Source of the DNA: Polyangiales bacterium
Lineage (GTDB): Bacteria; Myxococcota_A; Polyangia; Polyangiales; Houyiibacteriaceae
Direction: 5' to 3'
Length of the DNA: 64,000 bases
Assembly: GCA_045106895.1 (NCBI GenBank)
Contig: JBGCFM010000025.1
Coordinates: 21,528-85,527, forward strand
Shown here: piece after piece, positions 56,382 to 64,000 of the stretch
How the letters are laid out: the number at the start of each line of letters is the position of its first letter
How positions within the stretch are numbered: the stretch's first letter is position 1
Program-made: the position numbers and the translations under genes
The notes under the pieces: generated by a model
What the model was told of the DNA's origin: nothing
Seen by the model: the letters and a program-made list of their open reading frames with translations, nothing else
The model's database searches: none

Positions 56382-58013
56382 GTGACCGAAGGTGATGACG
56401 AGAACGAGGCTCAACTTCGCGTGACGCCAACCGTTCCTCCTTCTGTGGGCTCTCAGGTCACCTCTATTCTCGAGTTTGATGACACCCATCAGAGCTTGAA
56501 GGCCGTTTCCATTCCACGGGTTGCTGACAACCTCGCTCGCCTCGTCGTTTTGGCGGGCGAACGTGCGGGACGGAAGCTCACCGTCGACAAAGAGCTTGTC
56601 TTTGGACGGTCCCGTGGCGTTGGACTTCAGCTGGACGACCCGCAAGTTTCACGCCGGCATGGGCGAATCGCTCTTGGGCCTGAAGGTTGGTTTCTTGAGG
56701 ACCTTGGCTCACGAAACGGAACGACGCTCAACGGCATCCCTTCCATAGGGCAGCTGGCGGTGCAGTTCGGCGACCGCATTCAAGTTGGCGAGAGCTTGCT
56801 GCTCTTTACCCATCACGACCCCCTCGAAGAGCAGATTCTCGAGCAGCAGAAGCTAGAGAGTATCGGGCGTCTCGGGACTGGGATTGCTCACGATTTCAAC
56901 AACCTTCTCGGAGCCGTTCACTCAAGCCTCGACTACGTCGAACGCATGAACCAGCAGCGGACGCTGGACGATGCGGAGGTGCAAGCGTGCCTTGCGGACA
57001 TTCGAACAGCCGCCAAACGTGCATCGGAGATGACGCGCCGTCTTCTTGGTTTTGCGCGGCGCGCCCATCGAAGTTACGAGCCCGTCGATGTTGCAGCCCT
57101 CGCGTCTGAGGTGCTGAAGCTGCTCCGCCGCAGCTTCGACCGTTCCATTGAGATTCATGGCGCCATCGACCCGGAACTCCTGGTGACAGGGGACCGCTCT
57201 CATCTGCACCAGCTGTTCATGAACCTATGCATCAACGCACGCGATGCGCTTCCAAACGGTGGCCGCCTCACGGTCAAGGTCACCACGGCGACGCGTGACG
57301 ATATGGCGATGCTGCCCTACCGAGACCGCGAAGCGTACACGCTCGTCGTCGTGGAGGATGACGGCGTCGGCATGGATGCGGACACCCAATCGCGCCTCTT
57401 CGAGCCTTTCTTTACGACAAAGCGCGAAGGTCACGGTGCCGGTCTTGGACTCGCCACGGTGTACGAGGTTGTCGACGCGCATGGTGGACAGATCATCGTC
57501 GAGAGTGAAGTCGGGGCAGGAACGCGCTTTCGCATTTATCTGCCCACGCACCTTCCGACCACGGACGCCAATACACCGCCCCTCACTCCCGACATGAAAC
57601 CGCTCCGCATGGGTCAGAGCGGGCCCAATCTTCGTATTCTACTCGTCGACGATGAAGACGTGATGCGACGCAGTTCGGCGCGTCTTCTACGGCAGATTGG
57701 ACACGATGTCGTTCAAGCGACGAACGGGCAAGAAGCGCTCGAAGCGTATGAAGAAGCGGAGATAAAACCGGATGTCGTGATCCTCGACATGGACATGCCG
57801 GTTCTTCGTGGCGATGAATGCTACGCGAAGCTCAAGGAGATGGACCCCGACGTGAAAGCTATCGTGGTGTCGGGTTATATCGGCAAAGAGCTCTACGGCG
57901 AGCTTTACGAGCAGGGCATCATCGCCGTCCTCGACAAGCCCTTCGAGATCGCAGCGCTCCAGGACGTTCTCGCGAAGATCAGTGTTCGTCCGAGCAACCG
58001 CCCACCTGTTTGA
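56382..58013 (+). CDS. FHA-domain hybrid histidine kinase (FHA-HisKA-HATPase-REC)
   Basis: FHA motifs FGR, VSRRH and DLGSRNGT; AHDFNN, NLCINARD and PFFTTK; receiver LVDDE...DMDMP...KPF. Confidence 0.92.
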   Translation: MTEGDDENEAQLRVTPTVPPSVGSQVTSILEFDDTHQSLKAVSIPRVADNLARLVVLAGERAGRKLTVDKELVFGRSRGVGLQLDDPQVSRRHGRIALGPEGWFLEDLGSRNGTTLNGIPSIGQLAVQFGDRIQVGESLLLFTHHDPLEEQILEQQKLESIGRLGTGIAHDFNNLLGAVHSSLDYVERMNQQRTLDDAEVQACLADIRTAAKRASEMTRRLLGFARRAHRSYEPVDVAALASEVLKLLRRSFDRSIEIHGAIDPELLVTGDRSHLHQLFMNLCINARDALPNGGRLTVKVTTATRDDMAMLPYRDREAYTLVVVEDDGVGMDADTQSRLFEPFFTTKREGHGAGLGLATVYEVVDAHGGQIIVESEVGAGTRFRIYLPTHLPTTDANTPPLTPDMKPLRMGQSGPNLRILLVDDEDVMRRSSARLLRQIGHDVVQATNGQEALEAYEEAEIKPDVVILDMDMPVLRGDECYAKLKEMDPDVKAIVVSGYIGKELYGELYEQGIIAVLDKPFEIAALQDVLAKISVRPSNRPPV

Positions 58014-58067
58014 TGGGAAGCGGGCGGTCTAACGTCGCCGGCAGCGGCGTCCTGGAAGGAGCGAGCC

Positions 58068-58502
58068 CTACGAGTGGGCGTCGACGAGATCCGCGAGCCG
58101 TGGCACCGCGGCTTCCACGTTCTTCTTCGCGCTTCCTCGCAGCTTCTTGTACGTGCTCTTCACCAAGCCGTTCGTGGATCGCTCGGCTTTTGAGTCGGTG
58201 ACCCCGAGGAGCGCATCCGCAGCGCGACCCGAGTTAGCCTTCAGATGCGCCCCGACACTCTTGCCCGCCGCCACAGCCTCTTCGCTGAGCGGTTCGAGGG
58301 CGTCCGCGAAGTCGGGCAGAAGGTCATGGACGACCTTCTTCACGAAGCCGGGCTTCACGCCTTTGACAGCCTTGTATCCGGCTTTGATCGCCATTCCGCC
58401 GAAGCCGGACTTCTCCTTCACTTCAGCATCGATCAGCTGGAGGCAATCCTCCACGATAAGAGGCTTCTTTTCTTCGTTCTCCAGCGACTGCTTCAAGCTC
58501 AT
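58068..58502 (-). CDS. Conserved helical hypothetical protein (DUF6918-like)
   Basis: LIDAEV..KSG..G.AIKAGYK.VK.VKPG and YKKLRGSAKKNVEAAVPRL. Confidence 0.7.
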   Translation of the reverse strand: MSLKQSLENEEKKPLIVEDCLQLIDAEVKEKSGFGGMAIKAGYKAVKGVKPGFVKKVVHDLLPDFADALEPLSEEAVAAGKSVGAHLKANSGRAADALLGVTDSKAERSTNGLVKSTYKKLRGSAKKNVEAAVPRLADLVDAHS

Positions 58503-58585
58503 GGCGAGACTCTAGGCAACGCACGCGAAGCCGCAAGCAAAAGGGTGACGCGGGTTTCTTGGTTCTGGCGTGTTAGAGTGTCTCG

Positions 58586-59494
58586 GTGACTTGGCGAGCT
58601 CCTCTGGTGTCCTTCTTCGGCGTGCTTGTTCTTGCTTTCGGGGCCACCTCAAGCGCGAAGGCCTGGTGCCAAAGCTGCACGGTGGGGCCGGCCATCAACC
58701 CAGCCAGCCCGTGCGTTCAGTCGTGTGAGTGCGACCTAGACAACGGACAGCAGTTGATCGCGTGGAACCAGCGGTGCATCTCCTACTCCTTGCACCAGAC
58801 GGGCTCCGCCGACATCCCCCGGGCGGACTACGAGCGAATCACGGCGGAGTCCTTCGCGGAGTGGACGGACGCCAGCTGCGGCGCGTCCTCGACGGGCATC
58901 GAAATCGAGCAAACGGATGAAGATGCGCAAGGTTCAACAGCCGAGTTCGCGCCGGAGGGCGGCAACGTCAACCTCGTCGCGTTCGTTCGCGATTGGGACG
59001 AGCGTGAGTATCTGCCCAGCGCGTACGCGGTGACCACCACGTGGTTCGGTGTCCGCTCTGGGGAAATTTTCGACGCCGATATCCTACTCAACGAAGAGCA
59101 TTGGAGCTGGGCTGAGTGCCCAAGCGACGAGGGCTGCACGGATGGACGGGACGTCGATCTGAAGAACACGCTTGTGCATGAGATCGGCCACTTCCTTGGG
59201 CTCGCGCACTCCGGCGAAGGCACGGAGGAGTCGACAATGTGGTCTTGCGCCCCTCCTGGCCAGGTCATCAAACGTGACCTCGACGCAGACGATATCGAGG
59301 GGTTCTGCTCCATCTATCCCGCCGGCAGCCTTGAAGCTGCGTGCGACTTTGACCCCGTCGGCGGGTTCAACCCAGAGCCTGTCGCGCTTCGTCCGCCTCC
59401 AGGATGTGGCTGCAGTGTGAGCCGGGCCAACCCCTCCGCGTACGCGCTCGTTTTCTTTGCAGCGCTCTTCTGGCGCCGGCGCCGCTCGCGTTAG
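58586..59494 (+). CDS. Matrixin-family zinc metalloprotease with MYXO-CTERM sorting signal
   Basis: Signal peptide; DADILLN, HEIGHFLGLAH and Met-turn STMW; C-terminal GCGCSV-TM-RRRRSR. Confidence 0.88.
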   Translation: MTWRAPLVSFFGVLVLAFGATSSAKAWCQSCTVGPAINPASPCVQSCECDLDNGQQLIAWNQRCISYSLHQTGSADIPRADYERITAESFAEWTDASCGASSTGIEIEQTDEDAQGSTAEFAPEGGNVNLVAFVRDWDEREYLPSAYAVTTTWFGVRSGEIFDADILLNEEHWSWAECPSDEGCTDGRDVDLKNTLVHEIGHFLGLAHSGEGTEESTMWSCAPPGQVIKRDLDADDIEGFCSIYPAGSLEAACDFDPVGGFNPEPVALRPPPGCGCSVSRANPSAYALVFFAALFWRRRRSR

Positions 59495-60441
59495 GTGAGC
59501 TGCAGTAGGAGCGCGAAGGCTCCGCCGGACCCCACCGCGTAGGCGAGGACTCTTCGCATTCGCTCTTTGGAGAGAGCTCGACGCAGCGCCCACGCGAGGG
59601 CCGACACGCCGAGAACGAACGCCAGCTGGCCGAGTTCGACGCCAAGATTGAATCCAAAGAGCGCCGACAAGTGCTCCCCCTCAGGGAGACCGTTCTCTTT
59701 GAGCGCTCCAGCGAATCCGAGACCATGAACAAGACCAAAGCCCGCCGCCACGACGGCGGGAAAACGCTGCGTTAGCGTCGGACGCCCCTTGTTCATCGTA
59801 AACGCTTCACGTCCCAGGAGGACGATGCTTCCGGCGATGAGCATCTCGACGAGCCAGACGTCGACGGAAAGCTCGCCCAGCGACGCCGCGGCGAGGGTGA
59901 TGGAGTGTCCGAGGGTAAACGCCGTGACGACGCCCAGGAGGCGGCGATTGAAGCCGCCCGCCAGAAGCCAGAGGCCAAGAACGAAGAGCAAGTGGTCCCA
60001 GCCGAAGGCGATGTGCTCAACGCCTAGCTCGACGAAGGCGAAGCTGTCCCGTTCGCCGTTTACCCGCGTCGTCGGCGCGTCGCTCGTAAGCCGGACACGT
60101 CGTCCCCCAGCGAGCGCCAAGTAGATCTCCAACGTGTCGGGGAGCGCCGCAAAACCGACGTCTCCGCCATCGTCGATGTCGCATTCTCCGCGCCAAAGAA
60201 GCGCGCTCGCCTCCACATCCGCGAGCACCCGCATCTCGACATTGCGGCACGAGCCCATGACTGGTCGCAGGTCCACCGCACCAAGGCTTTGACGAGGAAT
60301 ACGCACGAAGAGCTCCCCGACGCCGTCGTCGACGCGAAAGTGCGCCACGCCGAACTCCGACGGATGTGCGTGCACTAGGCAAGGCGTCGCCGTGGCGAGG
60401 ACAACTGCAGCGAGCACCCGCGCAAGCCACGCCGCCTTCAT
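59491..60441 (-). CDS. HupE/UreJ family membrane protein
   Basis: AH after the signal peptide; GVEHIAFGWDHLLF, TAFTLGHSITL, FGLVHGLGFA and FNLGVELGQ. Confidence 0.9.
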   Translation of the reverse strand: MKAAWLARVLAAVVLATATPCLVHAHPSEFGVAHFRVDDGVGELFVRIPRQSLGAVDLRPVMGSCRNVEMRVLADVEASALLWRGECDIDDGGDVGFAALPDTLEIYLALAGGRRVRLTSDAPTTRVNGERDSFAFVELGVEHIAFGWDHLLFVLGLWLLAGGFNRRLLGVVTAFTLGHSITLAAASLGELSVDVWLVEMLIAGSIVLLGREAFTMNKGRPTLTQRFPAVVAAGFGLVHGLGFAGALKENGLPEGEHLSALFGFNLGVELGQLAFVLGVSALAWALRRALSKERMRRVLAYAVGSGGAFALLLQLT

Positions 60442-61247
60442 GGTGTTACGTCCACGCGCCGCTCAATGCGGGCTCGCTGCCGTAACGCAGCCACCGCGTT
60501 CCGCAGCCGCCCTCGGCGCTGCTCTTCGCGCCAGGCCGCCTCGACGAGGCCGCGCACGACGTCCAGAGGCGGCGACGTTGAGGCGTTCCGCTCCGTGACC
60601 CGAACGAGATGCCACCCGTAGCGACTCTCCACAGGCCCAAGCCACCCGTTCCCTTCAAGCGTCTCGACGTCCTGACCAAAGCGGGCCCCGAAGCGTTGAT
60701 CGAGTTGCTCGGTCGTTCGGCGAATCTCTCGAGCGCCGAGCATGAACGCGTCTCCCACCGGACTCTCTTGCTGAAGCGCCATCAGTGCCTCGGCGTGGGC
60801 ATCGTCGCGGCGGTCTTGAGAAAAGAACACGTGGTCGAGGCTGATGTTCGCCGGCGTGACGAAGTCCGAAGAGTTCGCCGCCAAAAACGACGCGAGCTCT
60901 TCCTCACTGGGCTCTCGGTCGACGGCAGAGAGGATGGTCTCCATCTTTAGGACCAGCCGCCGCCGGACGATTTCATCGCCGCGTTCAAGGCCCAAGGCCA
61001 GCGCCTCGCGAAAGAGCAGCTCGTCCTGCAGCCAGGCGTCGACGAGCACGGCATCGCTCTGCTCTGCACCAGAGCCAACGCCGCCAACTCGCCGGAGCCC
61101 TTCGACGAGCGCCTGGTCGATAACGATTCCGCCCTCCGCCGGCGCCATCGCCTGGCGAAGGCCAAAGGCGACGAGAGCGATGGCAAAGAAGTGAAGAAGC
61201 GGTTCGCGGAGAGGCGCCCAGCGCCCCTGACGCTCTTTGTCGCTCAT
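60438..61247 (-). CDS. PpiC-type peptidyl-prolyl isomerase-like membrane-anchored protein
   Basis: LREPLLHF, ELLFREALALGL..D.IVRRRL and WLGPVESRYGWHLV. Confidence 0.85.
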   Translation of the reverse strand: MSDKERQGRWAPLREPLLHFFAIALVAFGLRQAMAPAEGGIVIDQALVEGLRRVGGVGSGAEQSDAVLVDAWLQDELLFREALALGLERGDEIVRRRLVLKMETILSAVDREPSEEELASFLAANSSDFVTPANISLDHVFFSQDRRDDAHAEALMALQQESPVGDAFMLGAREIRRTTEQLDQRFGARFGQDVETLEGNGWLGPVESRYGWHLVRVTERNASTSPPLDVVRGLVEAAWREEQRRGRLRNAVAALRQRARIERRVDVTP

Positions 61248-61879
61248 GTCGTCTTGAGGATCCCGCGAAGGTTGAAGTCCAACACGGAGATGGCCATTCG
61301 GTCGACGTCGCTGGGAGCCACGGACTCATCGTTCATCACCAGCTGCTCCATGAGTTGCTTGATCGTCCCGAGAATGCAGAAGGCGGCGACGCTCGTGTCC
61401 ATCTCGCGAAGGAAGCCCATTCGCTTTCCTTCGTCGAGGGAGCGCTGAATGTAGTCGAGGAGCTCGTTGTAGAACGCGGCGAGGCGCCCATCGACCTCCT
61501 CGTCGAGGCCGACGGCTTCACGAACGATGATCGTGGTCAGAAGTCTATTGTCGACGATCTTGCCGAGGAGCCGTTGGATTGTCTCGATGAGCTGCATCTC
61601 GACTGGAGCGGCGCCTTCGTCGGTGTCGACGCCGATGATGCTCTTGCGAAGCTCGCCCAAGAGCTCGTCGAGGAGCTCGATGAACACGGCCCCCTTCGAT
61701 TCGAAGTAAAGGTAGAACGTTCCACGGGCGATGCCCGCAGCCTCGATGAGGTCCGCGACGTGCGTGCGATGGTATCCGCGCTCACCGAACACACGGCGCG
61801 CTGCATCAAGAATTTCACGCCGGCGATTTCGTCGTTGACGAGACGCCCGCTCGCTCCGTCCGTCCGCGGAAGTGCTCAT
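61244..61879 (-). CDS. TetR/AcrR family transcriptional regulator
   Basis: ILDAARRVF...GY..T....I..AAGIARGTFYLYFESK. Confidence 0.93.
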   Translation of the reverse strand: MSTSADGRSERASRQRRNRRREILDAARRVFGERGYHRTHVADLIEAAGIARGTFYLYFESKGAVFIELLDELLGELRKSIIGVDTDEGAAPVEMQLIETIQRLLGKIVDNRLLTTIIVREAVGLDEEVDGRLAAFYNELLDYIQRSLDEGKRMGFLREMDTSVAAFCILGTIKQLMEQLVMNDESVAPSDVDRMAISVLDFNLRGILKTT

Positions 61880-62709
61880 GACCGACCTCGGTGCTCTTCG
61901 ATATGAGCATCCACGCGAGATGCGATTTGCGCCCGAACGCGCTCGGCTTGCTCTTTGACTTCAGCGTCGCTCAGGCCCGTGAAGTCGAAGGGGGCATCGC
62001 AATACACCGTGACGTCGCCGGGCTTGAGAACGAGAGAGCCTTTTCGCATCACTTCGAACATGCCCGTCACCGCCGTGGGCACAACCTTGAGTCCAAGGTC
62101 GCGCGCCATCATGAAGACGCCATAACGAAAGGAACCGACGCGTCCATTGGGGGTCCGTGTGCCTTCAGGGAAGACAAGAATCGAGTGCTTACGCGCCACC
62201 TCCGCCTCCATCTGCGCGCGGACACGTTCCATGCGCCCCTTTCGCTCGACGGGAACGGCGATCGTTCCGCGGCTGGACATGAACCAGCCGTAGAAAGGGT
62301 AACGAAAGTGACTCTCCAGCTCGATGCCCTGTTTGAAGTGTGGCGTCGCGTTGTGCATCGTCACGAAGTCGAGATGGTTCACGTGGTTCTGGGCGAACAC
62401 GTAGGTCTCATCTTCTTTGACCGCGGGGTCGACGACGGCTTTCCACTTCGTTCCAGTCGTCTTGAGCATTCCCGTGCAGAACAGACGGTTCGCCGCTTGG
62501 ATCTTATCGGCTCCGAGAGTTCGGTTCAGCGCGATGAGCGACGACGTCCAGGGGAGCAGCCAAGCGAGACCACTTCCCCACAACGCTGCGCTGCGCAGTC
62601 GATCGACCGCGCTAAGGTTGTGCGGCGGTGCCGGAATGCGTCGCGCTGCGACCCCAGGGGAGTCCGTCTGCTTGTCTTCGGATGGTTGGGACTTCGTTTT
62701 TTGTGTCAT
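61876..62709 (-). CDS. Lysophospholipid acyltransferase (PlsC family)
   Basis: NHVNHLD (HxxxxD) and VFPEGTR. Confidence 0.88.
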   Translation of the reverse strand: MTQKTKSQPSEDKQTDSPGVAARRIPAPPHNLSAVDRLRSAALWGSGLAWLLPWTSSLIALNRTLGADKIQAANRLFCTGMLKTTGTKWKAVVDPAVKEDETYVFAQNHVNHLDFVTMHNATPHFKQGIELESHFRYPFYGWFMSSRGTIAVPVERKGRMERVRAQMEAEVARKHSILVFPEGTRTPNGRVGSFRYGVFMMARDLGLKVVPTAVTGMFEVMRKGSLVLKPGDVTVYCDAPFDFTGLSDAEVKEQAERVRAQIASRVDAHIEEHRGRS

Positions 62710-63617
62710 CTCACTACCTCGACGGCGCCCTTGAGCACTTCGAGAGAACGAAGGGCTAAGTGCATGATCTCACCGTCGACCATGACGGCTTGTTTACGGC
62801 TTTCGAGAAACTCCACGCGGCGGGCGCGGTGGACTTCGACCTGCGGATGCTCAACGTGCGCACCCGAGTAGATCTTTGGAAATGTGGAGATGAGCGTCGC
62901 GCGGCTCATCTCGCCGACGCGGACGACATCGAGGAGGCCGTCCGTGAGGCTTGCCCCCGGAGCCATGTGCATCGCGCCGCCGGTATACTGACTATTCGAG
63001 AAGCTCAGGAAGACCGCTGGACGCACGTCGGTCTCTTCATCGTCGAGGCGAATCGGGTCAAGCGGTGCCTGGAGGTTTGCGAGGCTTGATACAACAGCGG
63101 CGACGTAGCCCGCGGCGCCGAGCCCTTTGAAGCGTCGATTCGTAAGCTCGCCAACTTCAGCCGTGAAGCCCAGACCCAGCAGGTTGACGTAGTGGATAAC
63201 GCCCTCGTCGTGGTCGGCGCGCACGACGTCCACCGGCTGCGTTTCCCAGCGCTCGAGCGCGTCGATGGCGCGCGCTTGGGATGTGATCCCAAAGTCCCGC
63301 AGAAAAGAGTTTCCGGTGCCAAGGGGCAAAATGCCAAGCTCGACACGCTCGCCATCGGCCGCAGCACTGGGGAAGAGCCCGTTGATGACCTCGAAGGTGG
63401 TGCCGTCTCCGCCGACGGAGATGAAGCGGCGGTGGCCTGCCTCAAAGTGCTCCCGCGCCAGTTCCGTCGCGTGGCCAGGGGACCTAGTCTGAAACACGTT
63501 GATGGCATTGCGTAGACGCAACGAGGCGATGGCATCGCGCGCGGCGTCAAGGCAGCGACCGCCCCCGGCGGCGCCGTTGACGATGGCGATGATCGCTTTG
63601 TCGCGTCCGTTGTTCAC
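62706..63617 (-). CDS. Diacylglycerol/lipid kinase family protein (YegS/DgkB-like)
   Basis: [24 protein letters not shown] and VDGE. Start GTG 63617 overlaps the upstream stop. Confidence 0.9.
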   Translation of the reverse strand: MNNGRDKAIIAIVNGAAGGGRCLDAARDAIASLRLRNAINVFQTRSPGHATELAREHFEAGHRRFISVGGDGTTFEVINGLFPSAAADGERVELGILPLGTGNSFLRDFGITSQARAIDALERWETQPVDVVRADHDEGVIHYVNLLGLGFTAEVGELTNRRFKGLGAAGYVAAVVSSLANLQAPLDPIRLDDEETDVRPAVFLSFSNSQYTGGAMHMAPGASLTDGLLDVVRVGEMSRATLISTFPKIYSGAHVEHPQVEVHRARRVEFLESRKQAVMVDGEIMHLALRSLEVLKGAVEVVR

Positions 63618-64000
63618 GCGCGCACGCTCCGAAGCGACTCGGGGTTTGCTTTCGCTCGGAGTTCGTCCGCGAGGACGCCGCGCTTCACTTTCATGGAGGC
63701 GGTGCGCGGAAACTCGTCGTCCCAAAGCAGAACGCGAGAGATGCGTTTGAAATCTGGCAGCTTCAGGTTTCGTCGAGCGAGGTCTTCACTCCACTCGCTC
63801 TCTTTTTCTTCCTTGGGGCGAACGATCGCGACGAGCTCCTCACCAACGAGGGCGGTGTCGCTACGCGGCCACAGATAGTCCTGGGCGTACACAACAAGCT
63901 CTTCGCAGTCGAGGCCTTCAAAGGCGCTCTCGATGTCTTCGGGGTAGATGTTCTTGCCGCCGGAGGTGACGATCATGTTCTTGCTACGGCCCACGAGATG
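63614..64000 (-). CDS. C-terminal part of an AMP-dependent synthetase (long-chain acyl-CoA ligase-like); 5' end beyond window
   Basis: [21 protein letters not shown] and [11 protein letters not shown]. Confidence 0.85.
   Translation of the reverse strand, partial: HLVGRSKNMIVTSGGKNIYPEDIESAFEGLDCEELVVYAQDYLWPRSDTALVGEELVAIVRPKEEKESEWSEDLARRNLKLPDFKRISRVLLWDDEFPRTASMKVKRGVLADELRAKANPESLRSVRA

Overview
This is a GC-rich, densely coding bacterial window of about 55 genes. I saw no rRNA, tRNA, CRISPR array, integrase or transposase. Several families point to a myxobacterium (Myxococcota, probably Polyangia-like): a MYXO-CTERM metalloprotease, several HRDVSPxN-type Ser/Thr kinases, Cys-rich lipoproteins and an FHA-histidine kinase. 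This taxonomic call is an inference. The first 10 kb hold a flagellar filament cluster: two short flagellins, fliD, fliS and a gene in the fliT position. Divergently transcribed from it are a diguanylate cyclase and an unusual FlhG/FleN-type MinD ATPase fused to a PilZ domain. Candidate regulatory elements are visible in the DNA: sigma28- and sigma54-like promoters, twin GGA-loop (CsrA-type) hairpins over both flagellin ribosome-binding sites, and a repeated 14-bp box. The rest is housekeeping and signalling: hrpB, arfB, topA with a Lys/Ala tail, hemB, sufE, Zn-free rpsN-rpmG-rpmB and rpmE2, kinases, lipoproteins, and a lipid operon cut by the right edge. Most notable are the c-di-GMP/CsrA flagellar control module, an exported phosphohistidine/ATP-grasp dikinase-like lipoprotein, a flippase-like/sulfatase fusion, a candidate structured sRNA between hemB and sufE, a stand-alone pseudokinase, and a recurrent TAnnnT-N5-7-start signature suggesting widespread leaderless mRNAs. 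All family calls come from motif recognition by eye; no searches were run.
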